Shown here one piece after another: positions 24,641-36,755 of a stretch of DNA of 53,956 nt. Under the pieces are notes generated by a model. The model was not told where the DNA came from and did not search any database. It saw nothing but the letters and a program-made list of their open reading frames with translations. Position 1 is the first letter of the stretch; every line of letters begins with the position of its first letter. Source of the DNA: Octopus bimaculoides (lineage: Eukaryota); assembly GCF_001194135.2 (NCBI RefSeq), contig NC_068982.1, forward strand, positions 15,016,338 through 15,070,293, written 5' to 3'. The position numbers and the translations under genes were made by a program.

Positions 24641-25402
24641 TGAAAAAAAGAAGGAAAAAATGGCAAAAAACATTTGATTATATTATTTGAAATAAGTTTC
24701 AGTAATATATAAACATGATTCACAAAAATCTAGTCACTCGAGTGGCCATTAAGTGTCAATATTACATAGAAAATGTTTTTTTTTCCTCACCTTTATTCAC
24801 CTAATTTCTACAACATCCACACCTTATCAGTAATCACTGTTATGTAGAACTTCAACTTGAAAAGAAATTGATGAATCAAATTAGAATATGTGTCTTGATG
24901 AGTTGATTCATGTTCACCACTAAACTTTAGACGTGTTTATTCATAATTAGTGTGACCTTGAGAAAGAGATATTCACAATTAACAAAAATCAACAGCGTGT
25001 CTTTCAATTTACCAATTAGAGGTGTGATGATCTATAGCACATCTATAGAACTATTCTGTGTATGTAATCATTCAACTTAAATTCTACAGGCTTGCCTCCA
25101 CCACCATCATCCTCATCATTATCATTATAATCATTTATTGTCCACGCTTCATTCTGGCATGGCTTCGATGGTTTGACGGGATCCAATGGACTCGAGGACT
25201 GCATCACATTCCCAAGCCTGCTTTAGCATGGTTTCTAAAGCTGGATGCCCTTCCTAATGCCAACCACTTTTGTGGCCATTAATACATGTTATGAAAAGAT
25301 GCAATTTAATCTCTATACAGAACACATTGCAGTAACTAATGGGTAATTTATTAGCATTCAGTACTTAACTAAGCTCCTTCTCTGAATTTAATAATAATAA
25401 TA

Positions 25403-25625
25403 ATTCTTTCTACTAAAGGCACAAGGACTGGAGTTTTGGGGTAGGGGACTAATCGATTACATCAACCCCAGTGTCCAACTGGTACTTATTTTATCAACCC
25501 CAAAAGGATGAAAGGCAAAGTCAACCCCGGTAGAATTTGAACTCAGAAAATAAGGACAGACAAAATTCGGCCAAGCATTTCATCCAGTGTGCTGAGGATT
25601 CTGCCAACTTGCCACCTTAATAGTA

Positions 25626-25675
<50 letters not shown>

Positions 25676-26050
25676 CCTTTCTACAATAGGTACATGGTCT
25701 GAAATTTTGGGGTTAGGGCTAGCTGATTGGATCAGTGCCAGTATTTCATTGGTACCTTATTTTCCTGACCCCAAAAGTATAACAGGCAAAGTCTATTTCA
25801 GTGGAATTTGAACTCTAAATGGATGAAATATGTCAAAGCATTTTGTCCAACACCTTAACGATTCTGCCAGCTCACTGCCATAATAATAATAATAATGATT
25901 TCAAATTTTGGCATAAAACCAGCAATTTTGGTGGCCGGGGAGCAAGTCAATTACATTGACCCCTAAAGGATGAAAGTGGAATTTGAACGCAGAACATAAA
26001 GATGGACAAGATGCTGCCACCTAACTGCCTTGGCTAATAATAATAATAAT
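25403..26050 (-). mobile_element. Three tandem family C SINEs separated by (TAA)n
   Basis: Copies at about 25403-25619, 25674-25882 and 25895-26035, each with gaatttgaac (B-box reverse complement) and bounded by TAA repeats. Confidence 0.7.
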
Positions 26051-26219
26051 AATAATGATAAGAAGAAGATGATTGACATTCTTATGCATCCCTATGTTCT
26101 GGCCTCAAGTCTCTCCAAGAGTGACTTTTGCCTCCTCCCTCATGCTCTACCTATATACCTTGATGAAAATAAGTACCAGTTAGATACCATGTTAATTTGA
26201 TCTTCTTCCCCCTTTCCCA

Positions 26220-26570
26220 AACTTTCAGGCCATGTGTCTACCATCCTCATCATTTAATGTCTGTTTTACCATGCTGGTATGGGTTAGACAGTTTGACTGA
26301 GGACTGGCAAGCCAGGCTCCACTCTTATCTGGCAATGTTTCTACAGCTGAATGCCCTTCCTAATGCCAACCACTCCAAGAGTGTAGTGGGTGCTTTTTAC
26401 ATGCCTCCAACACAGGGGAGAGTCAGGCGGCACTGGCATCGGCCACACTTGAATGGTGCTTCTTACGTGCCGCCAGCTTGGGAGCTAGTCAAGGGACACT
26501 GACATTGACCACGCTCGAATGGTGCTTTTTATGTGTCACCGGCAAAAGGGCCAGTCAGGCAGCACTATCC
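26220..26570 (-). mobile_element. SINE family B with ~60-bp internal tandem repeats
   Basis: ggtgcttt/cttacgtg/atgcc..cc(g/a)gca..gggccagtcaggc..cactg units repeated about three times. Confidence 0.65.
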
Positions 26571-27656
26571 TGAAGAGAAATGTCACTGAGTTGTTTATCT
26601 CCTTGAAAACTAGGATAATCTTGTCTAATACATCTCCCTGCAATGAGCCAAAGAGGAACTTTTGTAGTCTGGTAATCTAACAGAAATAGATTATCAAATC
26701 TCCCAGAAACTACATTCCACCAGCTTAAAAACAGAAAAGTTCATAGGGCACATTGGATAATGTAGTCTCAGGTACACTATCAGTGAATAAACGACAAGAT
26801 GGTTATGGCTTGAATACCCTTTGATCACAGATCTCCTCAACCAGAACTAACCTGGGGTTAAACAACAATAACCTCCCAACAATCTCAATGGATAAAAATA
26901 GAAAAATAGAATAAAAGCTGAATCCTCTAATTTGTCAGCTATGTATCATCACATTTTTTTTTCCTGCCATTTTCCAAATTTCCATAATCCAATTTCTAAC
27001 CTGAAATCTGTCTTCACTTCCAATTACTACTTCTTAAATATTGCCAATGTTGTAGTAATGTGATATATTTTGGAGTGACTTAGTTTGTAATTGTAAGTCA
27101 TTCATCACACACTGAGATAACATCATGCATAGTAATAGACAAACACTGAATATTCTTCTGTCTATCCCATGGCTTCTTGACTGTTCACAGAAATCTTCAG
27201 CAGCTTAGCTAACACTGAAATTTTCAAACATTCTTTCACATATACTCACACGTATACTCATACACACAGATACACACCCTTTTAATAACAGTTTAACTTT
27301 GCTCTACACGACTTAAAACATATAAAACACATCCATCCCATCAGATATTAGGAGAAGAGTGGAAAATTTAAGACCCTTCTCCAAGTATTTGATGAGATGA
27401 ACATGTCCTCTGAACTCATGAGACTTTTAGTTACATGGAACTGAATCAAACTATTATTAAAAATATATGTACCTCCTCTACAGCAAGACACTTGTTTCTG
27501 TCTCTCTGCCTCACTCTAACCTTTCATCATCCAACACAAGATCACCTCCGCCAATATCCATTCCCCTCTCAAAAGAGGTTTTTTTTTTTGGTCTTGCAAG
27601 TATTTGGTGATCCTGTCAGTACAGGTGCCACTTGAAAAGCATCAAGCCCACACATG

Positions 27657-27800
27657 GGTGCTTTTACATCATGTCATTCTGGTGCTTTTTATGTGATGCT
27701 GCATGGGCGCTTTTTATGTGGTGTCGCACAGGCATTTTTATGTGGCACTGCACAGGTGCTTTTACATGGCACCACATGGGCACTTTTACGTAGCACAACA
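27657..27800. repeat. ~22-bp minisatellite derived from the SINE family B internal unit
   Basis: About six diverged ggtgcttttatgtggcaccaca units. The same unit occurs at ~38950-39080. Confidence 0.7.
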
Positions 27801-28002
27801 TGTAAATGTGTGTGTGCCTATATGTAATATAAATGTGTGTGCGTATTGTGTGTATCATGTAGAAATGAACTAAAGGAATATTATATTTTGTCATCTTTAA
27901 AATGCACAAAATCTAAATGAATAAATAATGTGCTTCTGTTGTTGAAATCTGCTCCTGAAATATCTTTTAACACATTTCTTTTGATTTTTATTTTTCTTAC
28001 AG

Positions 28003-28078
28003 GCAGTCAGTGAAACAAATAATTTGCATCATTGCAGGCATTGCTTGTATGCTTCTGGTAACATTAATCTTTGAATAA
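28003..28078 (+). CDS. SLC39A13: ZIP13 terminal coding exon (TM8)
   Basis: ttcttacag acceptor, phase 2 compatible with the previous exon. Translates (K)QSVKQIICIIAGIACMLLVTLIFE-stop (TAA 28076-28078). Confidence 0.92.
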
Positions 28079-28242
28079 GCACTACCATTTCAACCTACAT
28101 TGGCATCTCCTGTCTTTCAAGTTTCCATCCATTCATGTTCCAAAGATGCTTTACTATGCAGAAGACTGCATTTACTTTCGGTAATATCTATTGGAAGGCA
28201 TCTACAGAAAAACCACCATATCTATTCTTCCAAAATGAAAGA

Positions 28243-28248
28243 AATAAA
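28243..28248 (+). promoter_or_regulatory. Candidate ZIP13 polyadenylation signal
   Basis: AATAAA about 165 nt after the stop codon. The sequence is AT-rich, so a chance match is possible. Confidence 0.35.
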
Positions 28249-28586
28249 AGATTGAAGCTACATTAATATATATACATATATATATATACAAATATATATA
28301 TATATATATATATAAATCCATATATGTATATCAAAATATATATTTTCATATATATATTTATATATATAATTGCATATTTTGTTTCAAATGACAAAATATT
28401 AAGCATTACGAAAAAGAATATTATTTTTGTTGAAAAAAATACTTTTAGTCCATTGAAATTTAAAAAACCAGCAAATGAGCTGTCTTTATCTGTTTCATAT
28501 GTCACATATGAGCAACGTGAATCCTAAATATCCAAAAATATGTACATAATAATTGTATATGGTCCAAATATTTATCTATTGTTTTG

Positions 28587-29455
28587 NNNNNNNNNNNNNN
28601 NNNNNNNNNNNNNNNNNNNNNNNNNNNNNNNNNNNNNNNNNNNNNNNNNNNNNNNNNNNNNNNNNNNNNNNNNNNNNNNNNNNNNNNNNNNNNNNNNNNN
28701 NNNNNNNNNNNNNNNNNNNNNNNNNNNNNNNNNNNNNNNNNNNNNNNNNNNNNNNNNNNNNNNNNNNNNNNNNNNNNNNNNNNNNNNNNNNNNNNNNNNN
28801 NNNNNNNNNNNNNNNNNNNNNNNNNNNNNNNNNNNNNNNNNNNNNNNNNNNNNNNNNNNNNNNNNNNNNNNNNNNNNNNNNNNNNNNNNNNNNNNNNNNN
28901 NNNNNNNNNNNNNNNNNNNNNNNNNNNNNNNNNNNNNNNNNNNNNNNNNNNNNNNNNNNNNNNNNNNNNNNNNNNNNNNNNNNNNNNNNNNNNNNNNNNN
29001 NNNNNNNNNNNNNNNNNNNNNNNNNNNNNNNNNNNNNNNNNNNNNNNNNNNNNNNNNNNNNNNNNNNNNNNNNNNNNNNNNNNNNNNNNNNNNNNNNNNN
29101 NNNNNNNNNNNNNNNNNNNNNNNNNNNNNNNNNNNNNNNNNNNNNNNNNNNNNNNNNNNNNNNNNNNNNNNNNNNNNNNNNNNNNNNNNNNNNNNNNNNN
29201 NNNNNNNNNNNNNNNNNNNNNNNNNNNNNNNNNNNNNNNNNNNNNNNNNNNNNNNNNNNNNNNNNNNNNNNNNNNNNNNNNNNNNNNNNNNNNNNNNNNN
29301 NNNNNNNNNNNNNNNNNNNNNNNNNNNNNNNNNNNNNNNNNNNNNNNNNNNNNNNNNNNNNNNNNNNNNNNNNNNNNNNNNNNNNNNNNNNNNNNNNNNN
29401 NNNNNNNNNNNNNNNNNNNNNNNNNNNNNNNNNNNNNNNNNNNNNNNNNNNNNNN
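28587..29455. other. Assembly gap (N)
   Basis: N run. Confidence 1.
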
Positions 29456-29500
29456 AAGAACAATAATAAAAATACTCCTTCCGGTGAGAGTTAAATATTT

Positions 29501-29701
29501 TTCAGCATACACAATATTTAGTTGTGAGCTATTTATAGTTTCATACATTAAAGACGTTATCTCAGCGGGTTTTAAAATGTGCCTAATATCTCCAATTAAT
29601 CTTCAGGCTTAGAGACATAGGTGTGTTTTAAAAACCTGCCTAGATAACATCTTCAATGTATGAAACTATTAGTAACTCATAATCGTACTCTGTGTATGTT
29701 C

Positions 29702-29703
<2 letters not shown>
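29501..29703. repeat. Fold-back palindrome with hammerhead-like remnants
   Basis: Core arms atagtttcatacattaaagacgttatct.. (from 29535) and ..agataacatcttcaatgtatgaaactat (to 29669) are reverse complements, with weaker pairing extending to 29501/29703. Confidence 0.8.
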
Positions 29704-29735
<32 letters not shown>

Positions 29736-30494
29736 CATCTTTTTGAACAACCAAACATTTATCACCAGAATCCAGTGTCTTCATGCTGTGTAAATTAAAT
29801 TTTTTGCAGAAAAATTTTGAAAAGTAAAATGCATTTTATTTCTCTGTGCATCTTATACGGTGTGTAAGACACATACACTGTACAAGTAATCATGTGATGT
29901 AAGTTTCTTAAGTGCTAACTGCTGTGCATTTGTATGTATGACAGAAAAAGTTAAAGAAGTGAAAACAAAAATGAGATCATTTAAAATTTTATTTTATATA
30001 TAAACAATAAAATTATATACTTTGGGTGGTATAAATTTTCATAGGTCTTTTTTTTTTTTATTTAACAAATGGATTTATGTTACTTTAAAGTTATTGATGT
30101 CTAACTTGCAAAAGTAATTAGTGTTATAGTTGAAATATGTTTGTACATTTCTTTATAAATATAGATTTCTGAGGTCCAAAGGAACCCTCGAATTTTTTGT
30201 TGGGGTTAGATATCTGGAAAAAAGTTTTGTAAGGGATTAAAATATTATCTATGTATAAGAAACTCCCATACTTTTTTGACCTAATTTTTGACAAAAAAAG
30301 GGTTCTTTGTACACGTTAAAATACGGTATTTCATAATAATTTTTTCAAACTAATATTCTCTGTACTTTATGCCTTGTATAACACCTCCTTACCTCCTTTG
30401 TTAAAAATATTTTTTCTAAATTCCCATGCATCTTCCAAAACAAAAGTTTTTGCTTAATGTAAATAGTAAGGTTCTATTGAAAATCAGATATCTT

Positions 30495-30845
30495 TCATCT
30501 TTTACTTGTTTCAGTCATTGAACTATGAACATGCCGGAGCACTGCCTTAAAGAGTTTTAATCGAACCAAATTGACCCAAGAACTTATTTTTTTTAAAGTT
30601 TGGTACTTATCCTGATGCTCTCTTTTGCCAAGCCACCACATAAACAAGCAGTGGTGAGTGGCAAGCTCAAAGACACACACATAAATACATACAAATGCAT
30701 ATATACAGACATACGACAGGCTCCTTTCACTCTTCTTCTACCAAAGCCATAGTCAGACTGGGCTATAGAAGAAGCCACTTGCCCCAGGTGCCATGCAGTA
30801 GGACTGAACCCAGACACTTCATACTACACAGCCATGCCTGTACCT
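30495..30845 (-). mobile_element. SINE family A copy
   Basis: tcttttacttgtttcagtcatt tail and ggtgccatgcagtaggactgaaccc head on +. Confidence 0.7.
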
Positions 30846-31265
30846 ATATATAAAGAATGGTCTTGTTATTTTACGAGCTATAAATATTTTCAGATGTATA
30901 GAACATTAATTTAATAAATATAACAAATATACTGTTAAAACATTATGCTTCACTATTTAAAAAAACAATCCTGACTCTAGTTGCAACACATAATTCTCAA
31001 TAACATTTGTTTACTGGTTGTTCTTTCCTGACAGAACCATCTTTGATGGATTACAAGTTGCTTCCCCCACAAAAAGATCAGCCACTGTAGCTGTCTCAGA
31101 GCAGTATAACCATATTGCTGCATTTAAATCAGAAGTTGTTAGATAATGCTTTTAGAACAATGATTTCCAACCATTTCATTCCTATTTTACTTGGGTGGAT
31201 CTTCGTAGTCATTAAGTGTTTAAAAAATCCTATTTTATTTTTATCATGAGGAAAAAAATGTTTGA

Positions 31266-31487
31266 CCCTTTGGGATTCAGATTACTCTGTCAAACGTAAT
31301 GCTTATTTATTCATATTGTTTTGAATTAACCGTGAATTATCTTGTAGCTTTGAGATTTTGATGATATGGTTGTTTATTTTTTGGAAATGACATTGTAGGG
31401 TAGGTGTGAGAGGCCAGGTCTGGCTAGTTTGAACATAAAACAGGTAGAATATTTTGGCCAGATATGACCAGTCTAAATGCTAAAGGG
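31266..31487. mobile_element. piggyBac-type MITE
   Basis: Right end aatgctaaaggg|TTAA and degenerate left end TTGA|ccctttgggattc. Confidence 0.6.
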
Positions 31488-32129
31488 TTAAATGTTTTGT
31501 GTATTGTAAAAGTATAACCAGTTTATTGCACATAAATTTTAATAACAAAATATTATATGAATCCCAGCTAAGAACCACGCCAACAAACTACTAGAAAGAC
31601 ATTTTTGGTGCTGACTAGAGGATTGAAAATTATTAGCTATAAATAAAAAAAAATCTAAATTTTTCACACACACAAAAAAAGAGAAAAGACAAAATTCCAA
31701 GCCATGTACAATTGTTCAGTAAAATAATATGGTTCATTAAGCTAAAAACACTAGAATAGAGAAAATAAGAAAAATAATTTCCCTTTACAAAAAGAAGTTT
31801 ATAATTATGAATATTCACATAAATCGAAAACTGTGTACATGAGGATTTGAATGAAGAATAAGGGATTTTCATTCATTAATTGTTAGAAGTAGAATTTGTT
31901 TGAAATTAATTCAACTCAGAAATATGAAGAAAAAAAGAAATGGTATAAAATGGTAAAATATTTTACTATTAAAAACAACTAAACATATGAATACGCAATA
32001 GACTATAATTTATTCGATATCTTAATGTTTAACTTTAATCTGTAATTAGAACTGTCTTTAAAGTAGATTTCTTGCAGTGTACCATGTTTCAAGGCATAAA
32101 ATATGGTTGATATAGATATAGTTGTAGAC

Positions 32130-32335
32130 ATATGCACATATATATGTGTGTGTGTGTGTTTATAAATACATATGTTTATATACATGTTTGTATGTGTGTG
32201 TGTATGTATATATAATATATATATACATATGTGTGTGTGCATGTGTATTCATATATACATTATGTGTGTGTATGTATATATATATATATATACATACATA
32301 CACACATATGTATATATGAATACACACGCACACAC

Positions 32336-32433
<98 letters not shown>

Positions 32434-32465
32434 ACATGTATATATATATATATATGCACGCACAC
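32130..32465. repeat. Large compound (TA)n/(TG)n/(CA)n microsatellite
   Basis: Dinucleotide runs are directly visible. They explain the spurious YI/HT/CV ORFs. Many similar tracts occur, e.g. 118-200, 2560-2720, 12850-13015 and 34875-34940. Confidence 0.95.
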
Positions 32466-33229
32466 AGACACCATTTAAAAAATTCTGAGCGTCAATGTTT
32501 TTTTCTGCTGAAATTATTTTTCATGATGATTTTAAAGGTACAACTGTTGTATTAATTAAATTTCCTATTCTATATTTACATGTTATTTGGTATGTGTGTC
32601 TCATTAGTTGTTAGCAGTGACTAATCAATACACGGAACAGTCACTTGTTATGCCTTATTGTTATTTCTTAAAGACACCACAGTATATTTTTATTTCTTAG
32701 CCCAAGCCAGCAAGTGAACAAGAAACCAAGAATTTTTTTAAGTACAATACTCTTTCAAGTACAAAGTACTTCTCTATGAAATATGACCAAATATATTTAT
32801 TAATGATTTGTTACTGTATCAGTACTTTCAGAAAGGGCTTGTGCATTGGAGGTTGTTTTTTTTTTTTTTGTACCTTTTGATCTGTTAATCCATAAATCTA
32901 TTACATCTTTTTGCTCAGTCAAATAAAACTTTAAAGATATTTAGTGCTAAAAAAAATTATGTAAACGAAATGATATAATAAAAATATAACCAGAAGTGGA
33001 AGAAATGACTGTGATAAAACATGTTACATTGTATGTAGAAATTACAGAAAGTATAAAAAAATTACTTATTTAACAAAGCTAATGTGATGCTTTACCTGTG
33101 GATGAAATCCTCATGTCAATATAACATATTATATATGTTCATACATAAAAACATTTTCAGCTTTGCAAACAAATGATTTGTGCTTGTTGTTGATTGATGA
33201 ATAAGAATCTTGTTTAAAACGTGTTGTTT

Positions 33230-33404
33230 NNNNNNNNNNNNNNNNNNNNNNNNNNNNNNNNNNNNNNNNNNNNNNNNNNNNNNNNNNNNNNNNNNNNNNN
33301 NNNNNNNNNNNNNNNNNNNNNNNNNNNNNNNNNNNNNNNNNNNNNNNNNNNNNNNNNNNNNNNNNNNNNNNNNNNNNNNNNNNNNNNNNNNNNNNNNNNN
33401 NNNN
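33230..33404. other. Assembly gap (N)
   Basis: N run. Confidence 1.
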
Positions 33405-34139
33405 ATCTAACCTAACTTCCTTTAGAATTACCATGGATGTTTAGAACATGTTTTTGTTTCATTCATAAAAAAAAAAACGTTGGGTTTTTTTTCTGTAAAA
33501 GCCGTCTATTGCCAATATTAAATATAAGCATAAATTTGTTAAGATTGTAATTGTTGAAGTGGGGGGGGGGGTTAAGTCATTCATGAACAACATTTTTTTT
33601 CTGTCCAAAATGAAATTATTTGCTGATAAGATAACACAGATTACTTTTTGTTATTGTTATTATTATTCTCAACATTTATTGAGCAATATAACCCAGTGTA
33701 ATGGAGCTTTTCCAGTTTTTAAGACATTAAGCAGTTGAAAGATACTTCTCTCCCCACTTATTCCATCCTTCTCTTTACCAGATACAATGGCAGCCTGTGT
33801 CTGTTCTATCATAGCTTTTACACACAAGAGTATTTATTACTCAGTACTAAAAACTAATAATATCCACTGACCTGTTGCATACAACAGTGAATATTATCTC
33901 TTTATGATACTTATTTAGAATTACATAGATAAAATGCTTGGAAATTAAGTGGCTTTACTATGAACATGACACAATATCAGTGACAGACCATTTGGTCTTG
34001 GATTCCATTCCATAGCATGGCATTTTGGACAAGTGTCTTCTACTGTAGCCTCACCCTGACCAATGCCTTGTGAATGATATTTGATAGATGGAAATTATAT
34101 GGAAGCCCATCACACACACACACATATATATAAAGGGCA

Positions 34140-34452
34140 AAGACCCCTTTCAGTCATGAATGACCATGGGGTTGCAGCTAGGAAGTTCCCCTCCAAGGCA
34201 CAAGTCCAGGCAAGGTTGTTTGTGAAAGACCAGCATACTAGTCCCTGCTCTCCATGCCACTGATGTTGTCCAAGGGCAAGGTAAAGGCTGATACAGCTTG
34301 GCACCAGTGGTATTGCTATTCATTTTTACAAGTGAGTGGACTGGAGCAACATATAAAATAAAGGACAAAACACACAGCCCAGTCCAGAAATTGAACTCAG
34401 AACCTCACGATTAAAAGCCTGACACTCTAAACCATTGAGCCATGCAGCTTCC
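34140..34452 (-). mobile_element. tRNA-derived SINE (further family)
   Basis: ttgaactc..ctctaaccattgagccatgc (reverse B/A boxes) at its 5' end and a GC-richer body. Confidence 0.6.
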
Positions 34453-34871
34453 CTATATATGTGAGTACTTGTGTCTATGTCTTCACATTGACACCATTGA
34501 AGTATTGGTGATGTTTCTCTTTATGTTTTCTACAAAGAATACATCCCATATCTTGGTCATTTCGCCAATTTTGATATGTGAAGACCAGTGGATTAAAGAG
34601 TACTTTACTTGCTAACAATAAGGGTATCAGGCCATAGAATACTATCTCAATATGTCTTGTGCAACTCTTGCCATGGAAACTGCAAATGTATAAACAATGA
34701 TGATGATCCTTCAGTTGGTTAGGCAATACTAATCTCAACTAACCACAAATTAGTTTGCATATAAGAATTTGGATAGATGTGTAAATATTTACTGGAAGAT
34801 TTGTAACAGAAAATAATTTTTATTCATTAATTCATTAGAAGCAGAGTTTGTTTGAAATTAGTCCAACTCAG

Positions 34872-34943
<72 letters not shown>

Positions 34944-34959
34944 GACATGTAAAAGGCAC

Positions 34960-35120
34960 ACACTATACTCTAAGAGTGTTTGGTGTTAGGAAGGCCATCC
35001 AGCTGTAGAAACAAAGCCAAATCAGATTGGAACTTGGTGCAGCTCTCCGGCCTACCAGTTCCAGTCAAACTGTCTAACCCATGCCAGCATAGAAAACAGA
35101 TGCTAAATGATGATGATGAT
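34960..35120 (+). mobile_element. SINE family B 3' part
   Basis: ttaggaaggccatccagctgtagaaac...aacccatgccagcat..(gat)n. Confidence 0.7.
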
Positions 35121-35679
35121 ATATATAAATAGGAATAATGTATATATAGAAATAATTAAGATCCAATTCAATTAGGTACTTAAGTTGAGTATGGTATTAT
35201 TCGCACAGATTGAAGTAAGGTGAATAAAAAGCAAATAAGTAACAAGGATGTCCAGCTATCAGTGCATTATAGCTATAATGCGGCTTCATTTAAATTGGAG
35301 CTGCCTGAAACGGCCGTAATGTGCTAATACCTGGACATCCTTGTTACTTATCACACTGCTACCCCCACATCACGCCACCACACACCACTCCACATGCACT
35401 AGCACTAACCACTTCCCAGCGCCCATACCATACATCACCTGCACATCACAGATGCACACATTCACACATCAAAGTCACTAGCCCCTCTCCACACACATTC
35501 TCACATACACACACACACACGTGCACCTTTGTTTTGGGATCACCAATACTTTATTATCTCCCCTTCTTTCTACCTCTCCTGTCAATTTTTTTTTTTTTCC
35601 AACCAGTCGCCATGATTGACCGCTAAATCCACAAGTTTTTTTATTCTCTCTCTCTCTCTCTCTTTATTTTCTCTTATTC

Positions 35680-35715
35680 CTTTCTGTTGAAGAGCGTAGG
35701 CTCGGAACATCAAAG
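35680..35715 (+). ncRNA. Degenerate minimal hammerhead-like motif in a short dispersed repeat
   Basis: CUUU-CUGUUGA-A-GAGC(GUAG)GCUC-GGA-ACAU-C-AAAG. Stems I and II are perfect, while the core differs at positions 6 and 13. Confidence 0.45.
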
Positions 35716-35806
35716 ACTTTCTCACTTTCCCGAGTGTCAAACTAATACAGCCCATTGTTGTTCATACACCTGTCTTCATCTTTTGTTTTTCTGTAAATTT
35801 CAACTG

Positions 35807-35858
<52 letters not shown>

Positions 35859-36487
35859 TATATATATACTTATATATGGTGTAGTATGTCCAAATCTAGT
35901 ATTATTATTATTTATTAGTACAATTATTACATATGCCTTTTTTACCTCATGGATAATTACACTCATGTGAAAAATCATTTGTTTCATATTGAATTACAAT
36001 TAAAATTATTAACTAGTAACTAGACTATACTTGCCTCTGACAAATATGAAAACCCTGAGACAGTTAAAACAAGTCTGTTATGTTTCTGTCACACTTTTAT
36101 TTTGATAATCCATACACACATCATTATCATCATTATCATCTCTTTAATGTCCACTTTTCCATGTTCACATGGGTTTGATGGAATTAATCAAAGTGGATTT
36201 TTCTATGGCCAGAATTTTTTCACCAGCTTTCACCCATGTCCAAGTAAAGTCCAGTTTCCTAGGTACTATATAGACACGTGACATATTTGATTATCAATCA
36301 TCCTTTGAAAATTGTACAATATTGAACACATTGTTTATTATCCCAAAAGATAAAATTAATTAATATAGTTCCTGATAAAGCTGTTTAAACGCTATGCATA
36401 AGAGCTATGGTAATTATTTCAAAATTTAAATTAATCTAATTGATAATAGATATTTGCAGCTCAGTAGCTAAATTGTAAAAGGAAAAT

Positions 36488-36755
36488 GATTGTAGCTGTG
36501 TGGTAAGTAGCTTGCTTACCAACCACATGGTTCCGGGTTCAGTTCTCACACTCTTTCTTCCTGTTCCTGTTGTACCTGTATTTCAAAGGGCCAGCCTTGT
36601 CACACTTCGTGTCACGCTGAATCTCCCCGAGAACTACGTTAAGGGTAGACCTGTCTGTGGAGTGTTCAGCCACTTGCATGTTAATTTTATGAATAGGCTG
36701 TTCCGCTGATCGGATCAACTAGAACCCTTATCGTCGTAACTGACGGAGTGCCATG
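36488..36755 (+). mobile_element. SINE with family A head and 13020-type body
   Basis: gctgtgtggtaagtagcttgcttaccaaccacatggttccgggttcag head. The body is the reverse complement of ~13020-13160. Confidence 0.65.

Noticed and set aside
26390-27800. Regularly spaced 22-bp and 60-bp repeats as a CRISPR-like array
   Set aside because: Eukaryotic context, no unique spacers, and the units derive from SINE internal sequence.
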